From the NCBI GenBank assembly GCA_005884925.1, contig VAYU01000001.1, forward strand, positions 20,237-84,236: a DNA stretch of 64,000 nt, read 5' to 3'. A model generated the notes under the pieces. The model searched no databases. It was not told the origin of the DNA and saw only the letters and a program-made list of their open reading frames with translations. Source of the DNA: Actinomycetota bacterium (GTDB taxonomy: Bacteria > Actinomycetota > UBA4738 > HRBIN12). The first letter of the stretch is position 1. Every line of letters begins with the position of its first letter. Below, in pieces: positions 8,316 through 17,665 of the stretch. The position numbers and the translations under genes were made by a program.

Positions 8316-9170
8316 TCAACGAAGCTCGAGGGGATCGGCAACGCCGTCGTACACGTGAGCCACCGGACCCTCGAGCAAGACCCGCCCGTCCTCGCATCGC
8401 TCGACTCGGAGCGGACCCCCGCGGAAGGACACGATGGCCGTGGGCGGGATCAGCCCGGCCTCGTTGGTCGCGACCGCGACCGCGCAGGCCCCGGTCCCGC
8501 ATGCGAGCGTCTCGCCGACGCCGCGCTCCCATACGCGAACGCGAACGTCGCCGTCCGCGACCCGAACGAGCTCGACGTTGGTCCGCTCGGGGAAGAGCTC
8601 GTGATGCTCGAGCGCCGGTCCGATGTGCTCCAGGTGGTAGCGATCCGGATCCTCGTCCACGAACACGACCAGGTGGGGGTTGCCCATGCTCAACGCGGAA
8701 GCCGGGAACGTCAGCCCGCCGCCGATATCGAACGGCTGCTCCAAGAACGTCTCCCACGCCGGCCCGAACATCGGGATCGCCGCCTTCGTGAAGTTCGGCG
8801 TTCCCATCTCGACGGTCGCGCGGGTCACGCGCGCTCCGTCGAGATGCACGGTCACATGACGGAGACCCGCGGGCGTCTCGACGTCGACCTCGTCGACGTC
8901 GAGGCGCCCGCGCTCCCGGAGGTAGGCCGCCAGGCATCGCATCCCATTGCCCGACATCTCCGCGGATGAGCCATCGGCGTTCGTGAGATCGAAGCGGAAC
9001 GATGCCGCGGCACCGGGCCGTGCGCGGATCACACCGTCGGCGCCTGCGCCCACCCAGCGGTCGCACAACGCCGGGACGTCGACCTCGGGCGCCGGGCCCT
9101 CGAGTTCATCGATGATCACGAAATCGTTCCCCGACGCCTGATACTTGGAGAAACGCAGGGCGTCCGTCAC
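8316..9170 (-). CDS. dapF: Diaminopimelate epimerase DapF
   Basis: RFSKYQASGNDFVIID...SGNGMRC...ACGTGACA. The GTG start at 9170 overlaps the miaA stop (GTGA). Confidence 0.85.
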   Translation of the reverse strand: MTDALRFSKYQASGNDFVIIDELEGPAPEVDVPALCDRWVGAGADGVIRARPGAAASFRFDLTNADGSSAEMSGNGMRCLAAYLRERGRLDVDEVDVETPAGLRHVTVHLDGARVTRATVEMGTPNFTKAAIPMFGPAWETFLEQPFDIGGGLTFPASALSMGNPHLVVFVDEDPDRYHLEHIGPALEHHELFPERTNVELVRVADGDVRVRVWERGVGETLACGTGACAVAVATNEAGLIPPTAIVSFRGGPLRVERCEDGRVLLEGPVAHVYDGVADPLELR

Positions 9171-10069
9171 TCGGACCCCAGGTAGGCGCGGATCTCGTCC
9201 GCCACCTCGGAAGCACCGCCGGCACCGGCGTCGAACCAACGGATCCGTGGGTCGCGGAGGAACCAGGCCATCTGGCGGCGAGCGAGCTCCCTGGTCCGCT
9301 TCACGGTGCGCTCGGCGGCCTCATCGAGCGAGAGCCTACCCTCGAGGTGCTCCGCCAGTTCCGCGTACCCGATCGCCTGCGAGGCGGTGAGCCACGCGCC
9401 GAAGCCGCGATCCATCAACCCCCGGACCTCCTCGAGCCAGCCGTTGCGCAACATGGCGAACACCCGCTCGCCGATCCGCATCGTGTGCGCCTCTCGATCC
9501 ACCCGGACGCCCGCCGCACGTACCCGGTCGGCGTCGTAGCGATCCCATGCCGACGCGAAGGAGCTGAACGGCGCGCCGCTGATCGCCGTGACCTCGAGCG
9601 CTCGGATGATCCGACGGACGTTGCCGGGCTCGATGCGCGCGGCGGCCACGGGATCCATGTCGGCCAGCCGACGGTACAAGGCGTCCGCCCCCAGGTCGTC
9701 GGCTTCGGCCTCGAGCGACGCCCGCACGACGGGATCCTCCGGTGGAAAGGCGAGATCGTCGACCACGGCGCGGAGATAGAGACCGGAACCACCGACCAGC
9801 AGCGGGCAGGCCACCGATCGCACCGTGCTGCGTGCGAGGTCCTGATACCGCGCGACCGTGAAGCGCTCCGACGGCTCGGCAAGATCCACCAGGTGGTGAG
9901 GCACCGCGGCGCGCTGTTCGGCGGTGGGCTTCGCGGTGCCGACATCCATCCCCCGGTACACGAGCATCGAGTCCACCGAGACGATCTCGGCCCCGAGGCG
10001 CGGCGCGATCGCGAGAGCCGCCTCGGACTTGCCACTGGCGGTCGGCCCGACGAGGGCGAGCATCGCCAT
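9167..10069 (-). CDS. miaA: tRNA dimethylallyltransferase MiaA
   Basis: LVGPTASGKSEAALAIA...SVDSMLVYRGMDVGTAKP; 300 aa. Confidence 0.9.
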   Translation of the reverse strand: MAMLALVGPTASGKSEAALAIAPRLGAEIVSVDSMLVYRGMDVGTAKPTAEQRAAVPHHLVDLAEPSERFTVARYQDLARSTVRSVACPLLVGGSGLYLRAVVDDLAFPPEDPVVRASLEAEADDLGADALYRRLADMDPVAAARIEPGNVRRIIRALEVTAISGAPFSSFASAWDRYDADRVRAAGVRVDREAHTMRIGERVFAMLRNGWLEEVRGLMDRGFGAWLTASQAIGYAELAEHLEGRLSLDEAAERTVKRTRELARRQMAWFLRDPRIRWFDAGAGGASEVADEIRAYLGSE

Positions 10070-10075
10070 GGGTCC

Positions 10076-11419
10076 TCAGACGACGAGCGCTTCCTGCACG
10101 GAGACGACCTCTCCGGTCAGATGATGCGCGGAGGCGGCGGTCACGCGGACGTCGGCGAAGGTGCCTCGTTGCAGCGGAGCGGCCAGGTGCACGATCCGGT
10201 TGGTGCGCGTTCGCGCCTGGGTCGAGCCGTCCCGCTTCCCCTCACCCTCGACGAGCACCTCGAACGTCCGTCCCACCTGCGCGCGGTTCCTCTCCAGGGA
10301 CACGCGCTCTTGCAGCGTGAGGAGTCGGTCGAAGCGCTCCTGGACCACGTCCTTCGGGACCTGATCCTCCATCGTGGCCGCGCGTGTGCCGGGTCGGGGG
10401 GAGTATTGGAACGTGTAGGCGCTGTCGAAGGTCGCGCGTCCGACCACGTCGAGGGTGTCCTCGAAGTCCCGCTCGGTCTCACCGGGGAACCCCACGATGA
10501 TGTCCGTCGAAACGGCGACGCCGGGGATCGCGCTGCGGATGCGCGCGAGCCACTCCAGGTATCGCTCACGGCGGTAGGAGCGCCGCATCGCACGCAGGAC
10601 GCGGTCCGACCCCGACTGGAGCGGGAAATGGATGTGCTCGCAGACGTGCTCGCATCCCGCCATCGCATCGATCACGTCACTGGTGAAGTCGTGTGGGTGC
10701 GGCGACGTGAACCGGATCCTCCGGATCCCCGTCACACCGTCCACCTCCCGCAGGAGGCGAGCGAACAGCGGGCGTCGAGCCGAACCCGGAACCGTCAGGT
10801 CCCGGCCGTACGTGTTGACGTTCTGACCCAGCAGCGTGACCTCCGTCACGCCGCGGGAGGCCAGGTCCTGGACCTCGGCGAGGATCTCTCCGATCGATCG
10901 AGACCGTTGCGGCCCACGCACGAGCGGAACGATGCAGAACGTGCACGCGTTGTCACAGCCGACCGCGACGGAGACCCATGCCCGAACGTCGTCGGCCCGG
11001 GCAGCCGGCAACGCGCTCGGGAACGTCTCGGTGTACTCGCGAACGTCCATCTGCGGGCCCTCGATCTCGGCACGCCGAAGGAGCTCGAGCAGGTTCGGGA
11101 GCGCATGCGTCCCGATCACGACGTCGACCCACGGGGCCTTCCGCTGGATCAGCCCCTGATCCTTCTGCGCCAGGCAGCCCGCAACCACGATCTTCAGATC
11201 GGGCCGCCGGTCCTTCAGGGGCTTCAGGTGTCCCAGGTTGCCGTACAGCTTGTTGTCGGCGTTCTCACGGATCGCGCAGGTGTTGAGCACGATCACGCGC
11301 GCATCCGCCGCATCGTTCGTCGGCGACATGCCGTCGGACAGCAGCAGGCCGCCGATCCGCTCGGAATCGTGTTCGTTCATCTGGCACCCGAAGGTGCGGA
11401 TCAGGTACTTCTGCTCCAT
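10076..11419 (-). CDS. miaB: tRNA-2-methylthio-N6-dimethylallyladenosine synthase MiaB (radical SAM methylthiotransferase)
   Basis: YLIRTFGCQMNEHDSE..., radical-SAM CxxxCxxC (GCDNACTFC) and a TRAM domain; adjacent to miaA. Confidence 0.9.
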   Translation of the reverse strand: MEQKYLIRTFGCQMNEHDSERIGGLLLSDGMSPTNDAADARVIVLNTCAIRENADNKLYGNLGHLKPLKDRRPDLKIVVAGCLAQKDQGLIQRKAPWVDVVIGTHALPNLLELLRRAEIEGPQMDVREYTETFPSALPAARADDVRAWVSVAVGCDNACTFCIVPLVRGPQRSRSIGEILAEVQDLASRGVTEVTLLGQNVNTYGRDLTVPGSARRPLFARLLREVDGVTGIRRIRFTSPHPHDFTSDVIDAMAGCEHVCEHIHFPLQSGSDRVLRAMRRSYRRERYLEWLARIRSAIPGVAVSTDIIVGFPGETERDFEDTLDVVGRATFDSAYTFQYSPRPGTRAATMEDQVPKDVVQERFDRLLTLQERVSLERNRAQVGRTFEVLVEGEGKRDGSTQARTRTNRIVHLAAPLQRGTFADVRVTAASAHHLTGEVVSVQEALVV

Positions 11420-11438
11420 CGGACCTCAGGCTACCCGG

Positions 11439-12992
11439 CTACCGGGCGTACTCGGTCGCGCGGATCTCGCGGACCACCGTGATCTTGATCTGCCCCGGGT
11501 ACTGGAGCTCCTCCTCCACTTGCTTCGCGATGTCGCGCGCGATCACCTGTGCGGCGAGGTCGTCGATCGACTCCGGCTGGACCAACACCCTGACCTCGCG
11601 TCCCGCTTGCATCGCGTAGACCTTCTCGACCCCGGGGAACGAGTTGCAGATCTCTTCCAGGCGCTCTAGACGCTTGACGTACGTCTCGAGCGACTCGCGG
11701 CGAGCGCCCGGCCGACCACCGCTGATGCCGTCAGCGATCTGCGCGAGCACCGCGTGGATCGTCCGCTGCTCCACCTCGCCGTGATGCGATTCGATGCAAT
11801 GGACGACCTCAGGATCTTCCTTCATGCGCCGGGCGATCTCGGCCCCGATGATCGCGTGCGATCCTTCGACCTCGTGCGTCACGGCCTTGCCGATATCGTG
11901 CAGGAACGCACCACGCTTGGCGATGGTGGGATCGAGCCCGAGCTCCGCGGACAACGCTGAGGCGATGTGGGCGGACTCGACCAGATGCTTCAGCACGTTC
12001 TGGCCGTAGCTGGTGCGGTACTGGAGACGGCCGAGGAGTTTGATCATCTCCGGGTGGATGTCCGTGATCCCGACCTCTGCCACTGCGTCCTCACCGGCCC
12101 TGCGGATCCGCTCGTCGATCTCGACGAGCGACCGCTCATGCACCTCCTCGATCCGGGCCGGGTGGATCCTCCCATCCTGCACGAGCTTCTCGAGCGAGAG
12201 CCGGGCAGCCTCCCGTCGGACGGGATCGAAGCTGCTGAGGACGACGGCTTCGGGCGTGTCGTCGATGATCAGGTTCACGCCGGTCGTCGCCTCGAACGCC
12301 CGGATGTTGCGGCCTTCACGCCCGATGATCCGCCCCTTCATGTCCTCGCTCGGAAGGGTGAACACGCTGACGGTCGACTCGGCCGTCTGCTCGGATGCGA
12401 CGCGCTGGATGGCGATGGTCACGATCTTCCGGGCGCGCTCCTCCCCTTCCTCGCGCGCGAACTGCTCGATCTCGCGGACCTGCGCCATGGATGCGCGCTT
12501 CGCATCATCGATCAGCGCTGCGAGGAGCTGTTCGCGCGCTTCGGACGAGGTCATCCCCGCGACGCGTTCGAGTTGGATCCGATGCTGCTCGGCGGCCTTC
12601 TCGAGACGTGCGCGGACCTCCTGCAGCCGCTCGTCGCGTTCGGTGAGCTCCAGGACCCGTTCGTCCAGCTTGCGGGTCCGCGCTCGGAGCTCATCCTCGG
12701 TTTCGGAGATCCGACGCTCCAGCCGCGCGATCTCGTCCCGGCGCGCCTTGACGTCCTCCTCGGCGTCCCGTCGGATCTGTGAGGCATCGACCTTCGCGTC
12801 TTCGATCGCCCTGCGGAGGGTCTGGGCTGCATCCTCCTGCGCCGCGACGAGCTTCTGGTCGGCTTGAACGAGCTTCTGTTGGGCCTGTCCCTCGAGCGTG
12901 GTCGCGCTCGATCTGGCCATGTTGGTGCGGATCAGGAACCCGGCGCCGGCGCCCGCGATCAGGGCGACGACGCCGACGATGACGGCCGTCAT
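11439..12992 (-). CDS. rny: Ribonuclease Y
   Basis: N-terminal TM segment, a coiled-coil region, then KH and HD domains (GREGRNIRAFE...LHDIGKAV...HHG); 517 aa. Confidence 0.9.
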   Translation of the reverse strand: MTAVIVGVVALIAGAGAGFLIRTNMARSSATTLEGQAQQKLVQADQKLVAAQEDAAQTLRRAIEDAKVDASQIRRDAEEDVKARRDEIARLERRISETEDELRARTRKLDERVLELTERDERLQEVRARLEKAAEQHRIQLERVAGMTSSEAREQLLAALIDDAKRASMAQVREIEQFAREEGEERARKIVTIAIQRVASEQTAESTVSVFTLPSEDMKGRIIGREGRNIRAFEATTGVNLIIDDTPEAVVLSSFDPVRREAARLSLEKLVQDGRIHPARIEEVHERSLVEIDERIRRAGEDAVAEVGITDIHPEMIKLLGRLQYRTSYGQNVLKHLVESAHIASALSAELGLDPTIAKRGAFLHDIGKAVTHEVEGSHAIIGAEIARRMKEDPEVVHCIESHHGEVEQRTIHAVLAQIADGISGGRPGARRESLETYVKRLERLEEICNSFPGVEKVYAMQAGREVRVLVQPESIDDLAAQVIARDIAKQVEEELQYPGQIKITVVREIRATEYAR

Positions 12993-13247
12993 GGTTCCTC
13001 CCTGGTGTCAGGGAGAGGACCGTGCGGTTCCGCCGGACCCTGGGCGGACGGTGCGTGAGCACGCAGAACCGTCGTATCGACGCTACAGGGCCCCGTGCCC
13101 CTCGCGCGTGAGAACGATGTCGATCATTGGGGTTCTCGTGGTCACGATGTCGTGCCGTTCGGTGTACGTCGGGTAGCCGTTCGGTGGCCTCTCGGTGTGG
13201 TTATCGGTTCATCACACGATACGGCCGACCACCCACGGAGGCAAGGC

Positions 13248-13757
13248 TCAGTCCTCGAACGCCTCCACCGCAAGCGCCCTGCGAGCTGCCCGTCCCGCGA
13301 CGTCGGGCGCGTAGCCACGACGCGCGAGCATCCCGTAGAGGCGACGATAGGCAGCGTCGGGTTGGAGCGCTGACAGCGTGGCCGCCTTCGCAGCCGCGAG
13401 GGCGTCCGCCCGTTCTTCCTCACCCCCGACGACCTCATCCAGGACCGCCTCCGCGATGTCCTGGGCGATCCCCGCGGTCCTGAGCCGGCCCGCCACGACG
13501 CGACGCCCTTCTTTCCGGGTGGTGAAGGAATGCTCCGCCACCGCCCGGGCGAATGCCTCGTCGTCGATCAGGCCGACCTCGCCCAGCCGGTCCAGCTCCG
13601 CCCGGATCTCCTCGGAGTCGAACCCCGCCCGTCCCAACCGACGCTCGATCTCCCGTCGGCTCCGCTGGCGTACGGCCAGAAGCCCGAGGGCTCGCTCGTG
13701 TATGTCCTTGCGCGTTCCCGGCTTGCCACGGCCGCGGTCGTGCGACACAGGGCTCAC
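13248..13757 (-). CDS. recX: Recombination regulator RecX
   Basis: 169-aa ORF immediately downstream of recA. The GTG start overlaps the recA stop (GTGA). RecX-like helical repeats are present. Confidence 0.8.
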   Translation of the reverse strand: MSPVSHDRGRGKPGTRKDIHERALGLLAVRQRSRREIERRLGRAGFDSEEIRAELDRLGEVGLIDDEAFARAVAEHSFTTRKEGRRVVAGRLRTAGIAQDIAEAVLDEVVGGEEERADALAAAKAATLSALQPDAAYRRLYGMLARRGYAPDVAGRAARRALAVEAFED

Positions 13758-14844
13758 TCCTTGGCTGCGGCCGCCGCGGACTTCGTCTTCGTCTCGGACC
13801 CTTCGTCTTCCACGAGATCGGGGACGATCTGGATCGGCTGATCGTCGTCTTCGGAGAAGCCGGTGAGCCCCACCGCCTCGCGAACCTTCCGTTCGATCTC
13901 ATCGCGGAGATCGATGTGCTCCCCGAGGAACGCGCGCGCGTTCTCACGTCCCTGGCCGAGCTGCTCGCCCTCGTAGGTGAACCATGCGCCGGACTTCTTG
14001 ACGATCTCGAGATCGACGCGGTATCGAGGAGGGACCCTGCCTTCGAGATCCCCTTGCCGTACATGATGTCGAACTCACATTGACGGAAGGGGGGCGCGAC
14101 CTTGTTCTTCACGACCTTGACCCGGGTCCGCGAGCCCACGACGTCGGTCCCATCCTTGAGGTTCTCGATCTTGCGCACGTCCAGCCGGACCGACGAGTAG
14201 AACTTGAGCGCTCGTCCCCCGGGGGTGGTCTCGGGTGAGCCGAACATCACACCGATCTTCTCGCGCAACTGGTTGATGAAGATGGCCGTGGTTTCGAACT
14301 TGGAGAGCGACCCGGCGAGCTTCCGCATGGCCTGGGACATGAGGCGCGCCTGCAGGCCGACGTGGGTATCACCCATCTCTCCCTCGATCTCCGCCCGGGG
14401 CACGAGCGCCGCGACCGAGTCGATGACGACGAGATGCATCGCGCCCGAGCGCACCAGCATGTCCGCGATCTCGAGCGCCTGCTCGCCGGAATCGGGCTGA
14501 CTGACCAGGAGCTCGTCGATGTCGACCCCTAGCTCGCGCGCGTACGTCGGATCGAGTGCGTGCTCGGCGTCGATGAACGCCGCGATCCCGCCCTGGCGCT
14601 GTGCTTCCGCGATGATGTGCAGGCACACGGTGGTCTTGCCCGAGCCCTCCGGACCGAAGACCTCGACGATCCTGCCGCGAGGGATGCCGCCGACGCCGAG
14701 CGCGATGTCGAGCGCCAGCGACCCGGTCGGGATGGTGGTCATCCCCACGTTCATGGGGTGCTCGCCCAGTTTCATCACTGCGCCCTTGCCGTGCTGCTTC
14801 TCGATCTGCTGAAGCGTGACCTCCAGCATCTTCTCGCGGTCCAC
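13754..14844 (-). pseudogene. recA: Recombinase RecA, interrupted by an apparent 1-nt deletion near 14016-14020 (authentic pseudogene or sequencing indel)
   Basis: ORF 13435..14937 (-) reads as perfect RecA ([16 protein letters not shown]...[15 protein letters not shown]) and then becomes nonsense. The genuine C-terminus ([31 protein letters not shown]...AAAKE*) is in another frame and ends at 13754. The likely start is the GTG at 14844, preceded by GGAAGGGGGA. Confidence 0.85.
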
Positions 14845-14940
14845 GCGATCCCCCTTCCGACCCCGGCCCACCCCGGAGGAGGGGCGAGTGAGCGCACCAG
14901 ACGAACGTTCGAGGACGGTAGCGACTGGGTCTGACATAAG

Positions 14941-14970
14941 TTACACCCCTGTCATTCGACCTGTCTGCGG
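14941..14970 (-). promoter_or_regulatory. Conserved motif, copy B (GTTACA-N2-CCTGTCATTCG-N3-TGTCTG on the plus strand) in the recA 5' region
   Basis: Matches copy A at 2140-2172 upstream of nrdJ. Confidence 0.4.
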
Positions 14971-14985
14971 ACGGGCCGAGGCTAC

Positions 14986-15001
14986 TCGAACGCGTGTTCG
15001 A
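14986..15001. promoter_or_regulatory. LexA (SOS) box TCGAACGCGTGTTCGA upstream of recA
   Basis: Perfect 16-bp mycobacterial-type Cheo-box palindrome, about 140 nt upstream of the recA GTG. Confidence 0.65.
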
Positions 15002-15019
15002 GCGCAAGGACCGGGCCGG

Positions 15020-15604
15020 TCATCCGCTGAGCGCGAACGTCCCGATGGGCTCATAGCGAGGCGCGGGCCGGCGCAGGTGGCTCCGGAACAACACGATCTC
15101 GTCCACGCGGAAGCCGACCGGCCCGAGCGGCGTGCGCGAGGATCCCTGGTCGAGCTTCAACGGCGGGTCGCTCCGCGCCACCGTAAGGTGCGCTGAGAAG
15201 GCCCGGGCCTCAGGGGTGAACTCCTCCGCCAATGCCACATCCAATGCCCCCGCGAGCCGTGCGAACGCGCCCTCCGGGTCCTCGATCCCCGCCCAGAGGA
15301 CCCGCGCCCGAGTGGCCGACGGGAACGATCCGAACTCGGTCAACCGGGTGGCGATGGGACCGTGGACATCCGCCACCGCTTCGACCTGTTGGTGAACCCA
15401 CCCCTCGAGCCGTGGCCACGTCCGCCCGAGGAACTTCAGCGTGACGTGCATGTTCTCACGGGGCACCCACCGTGCCCTCGGGAACCGGCCGCGCCAAGGC
15501 TCGATCGCTCGATCGACTTCGTCGATCGCCGCATCGGCCACGACGAACGCCACGAACAGCCGCAACGCCTTCGCCTCGGGGCGGTTCGCGCGATCACGCG
15601 CCAT
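15020..15604 (-). CDS. thpR: RNA 2',3'-cyclic phosphodiesterase (2H phosphoesterase, LigT/ThpR family)
   Basis: Two H-x-T/S-x motifs (HVTLKFLG and HLTVAR); likely start at MARDRANRPEAKALRLFVAF. Confidence 0.7.
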   Translation of the reverse strand: MARDRANRPEAKALRLFVAFVVADAAIDEVDRAIEPWRGRFPRARWVPRENMHVTLKFLGRTWPRLEGWVHQQVEAVADVHGPIATRLTEFGSFPSATRARVLWAGIEDPEGAFARLAGALDVALAEEFTPEARAFSAHLTVARSDPPLKLDQGSSRTPLGPVGFRVDEIVLFRSHLRRPAPRYEPIGTFALSG

Positions 15605-15606
15605 GG

Positions 15607-16875
15607 TCAGACCGTGGGATCGGACGCGGGCAACGGCCGCCCTTCGAGATGCCGACGTACCAGGTCGAGAGCCCCCTGTTGTGACCACCGGATCACGCGG
15701 TCGCGCTCGCCCGAGACGCGGAACCCGCGCGCGTTGGTCCGCGATCCGGCGTCAAGGGCAACCCAGACGGTCCCGGGTTCCTTGCCCCCGTGAGGCTCCG
15801 GACCGGCAACTCCGGTCAGGGCCAGCCCCAGATCTGCCGCGAGGACGCGGCGCGCTCCCGCAGCCATCTCTTCCGCGCATGCCTCGCTCACGACACCCGG
15901 CCCGTCGATCGTTGCCTGCGATACGCCGAGCAGGTCACGCTTCGCCCGCTCTGTGTACGCGACGATGGCGCCGGCGAACGATGCCGAGGCTCCCGCGACG
16001 GCCGTGAGACGCGCGCTCACGCTTCCTCCGGTGAGCGACTCGGCGCACGCGAGCGTGAGACCGTGGCTCCGGAGGAGCCGAAGGACCGCCGCTTCCAGTG
16101 GCTCGTCTTCCACGCTGAACACGACGTCGCCGAGCCGTTCGACGACGACCCGGACGAGGGGCTCGAGCAGTTCGTCCGCCGCCGCGATCGACGCCGCCTT
16201 GGCCGTCAACCGGACCTTCACCTCTCCCATCGACGCGAGGTACGCGACCGTGGGGTTCGCCGAGCCGTCGAACAGATCCGTGAGCACCTCGCCCACCGCC
16301 GACTCGCCCATCCCGGTGATCCGGAGGTTCCGGGACGCGATCACGCCGCCGCGTGTTCGGGCCGAAAGTTCCGGCAGGATCGTACCCGTCATCATCTCAA
16401 TCATCTCGTCCGGCACGCCGGGGACGGCGTAGACCGTGACGTCCGTAGCGAGCTGGACGATGAGACCCGGTGCCGTTCCCCGATCGGGTGCGATCGTGCG
16501 AGCGCCCTCCGGGACGTCGGCCTGTCGGAGGTTGCTCGACGGCATCGGGTTGGAGGAGAAGGCGCGGAACTTCGCGCGGAGCATGTCTTCGAGCTCCGGA
16601 TGACGAACCATCGGCACCCCCGCGAACACGGCGATCGCGTCCCGCGTCAGGTCATCCTGGGTCGGTCCGAGTCCCCCGGTGACGAGGACGACGTCCGCAC
16701 GAGAAGCCCCGAGCCCGAGCGCTTCGACGATCCGTTCGACGTTGTCTCCGACGGTCTGGCGGTGCAGCACGTCGACCCCGATAGCCGCGAGCCGCTCCGA
16801 CATCCACCGGGCGTTCGTATCGGCGATCTGTCCGAGCAGGAGCTCGGTCCCCACCGAGAGGATCTCCACCTTCAC
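15607..16875 (-). CDS. cinA: Competence/damage-inducible protein CinA (MoCF-binding domain plus nicotinamide-nucleotide amidase)
   Basis: MKVEILSVGTELLLGQIADTN... and a C-terminal CinA domain; 422 aa. Confidence 0.85.
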   Translation of the reverse strand: MKVEILSVGTELLLGQIADTNARWMSERLAAIGVDVLHRQTVGDNVERIVEALGLGASRADVVLVTGGLGPTQDDLTRDAIAVFAGVPMVRHPELEDMLRAKFRAFSSNPMPSSNLRQADVPEGARTIAPDRGTAPGLIVQLATDVTVYAVPGVPDEMIEMMTGTILPELSARTRGGVIASRNLRITGMGESAVGEVLTDLFDGSANPTVAYLASMGEVKVRLTAKAASIAAADELLEPLVRVVVERLGDVVFSVEDEPLEAAVLRLLRSHGLTLACAESLTGGSVSARLTAVAGASASFAGAIVAYTERAKRDLLGVSQATIDGPGVVSEACAEEMAAGARRVLAADLGLALTGVAGPEPHGGKEPGTVWVALDAGSRTNARGFRVSGERDRVIRWSQQGALDLVRRHLEGRPLPASDPTV

Positions 16876-16885
16876 AGCGAAGGCC

Positions 16886-17620
16886 TCACGGAGACGGCTC
16901 GGGTGCGGTGCCCGACGGCACGAAGGTCTCCGACCATGGATGGCCGGCCTGGCCGGGCACGCCCAGGGTCCGACCGTCGACCACGATCCGGATCGCCCCG
17001 CCGTCGCTCGCGAAGACGGTCAGGTTGTCCACCGCGCTGTAGGAGATCGACTCACCGGGACCGAGCGGCGTCGTGGGTTGGCCGACCCCGTCGATCGTGG
17101 CCGTGACGTCCACGCCGGCGGTCGCGTTCACGGTGACGCCGACACCGGGACCGGGTGTCGGCGACACGAACGGCGTCGTCGCGGTGGGGATCGTTGCTGC
17201 CGGCGGCACGCCGCCTCGCGACACGATCCCCACCGCCACCGCCGCGACCAGCAGCACCGCGGCGGCGATGAGGAGGAACCGCTGGTTGTCCCGGATCCTC
17301 GCTGCCGCGAGCGCCTGCTCGACGCGACCCATCTTCGCCGGGGGGGATGGGAGCTCAGGCTCCTCCGCGTGCCTCGCGTACGCGCTCATGACCTTGTCCG
17401 GTTTGAGCCCGAGGTACTGCGCGTAGGTCCGCAGCATCGCGCGGACGTAGACCTCCTCACCGAGCAGCTCGAAGTCCTCGCGCTCCAGGGCGCCGATCTG
17501 GTCGGTCGTCAGTCTGGTGTCGCGAGCCGCCTCGTCCAGGGTGATCCCTGCGATCTCTCGCGCGCCCCGGAGAGCAGGCCCGACCCCGATCGAGGCCGGG
17601 CGAACGGAGTTCCCAGCCAT
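16886..17620 (-). CDS. Helix-turn-helix (XRE-like) domain protein with a TM segment and a DUF4115-like C-terminus (RodZ-like)
   Basis: N-terminal HTH (ITLDEAARDTRLTTDQIGALE), a hydrophobic segment LLIAAAVLLVAAVAVGIV, and a Pro/Thr-rich linker. Confidence 0.55.
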   Translation of the reverse strand: MAGNSVRPASIGVGPALRGAREIAGITLDEAARDTRLTTDQIGALEREDFELLGEEVYVRAMLRTYAQYLGLKPDKVMSAYARHAEEPELPSPPAKMGRVEQALAAARIRDNQRFLLIAAAVLLVAAVAVGIVSRGGVPPAATIPTATTPFVSPTPGPGVGVTVNATAGVDVTATIDGVGQPTTPLGPGESISYSAVDNLTVFASDGGAIRIVVDGRTLGVPGQAGHPWSETFVPSGTAPEPSP

Positions 17621-17665
17621 CGCGCGTGATGGTAGCGCCGGATCGCCTGGCTACACTTCGCTCGC

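Noticed and set aside
14895-14920. cgaacgttcg palindrome inside the recA 5' region as a possible LexA box
   Set aside because: It has a zero-nucleotide spacer (GAAC-GTTC), not the GAAC-N4-GTTC geometry. The genuine box is at 14986-15001.
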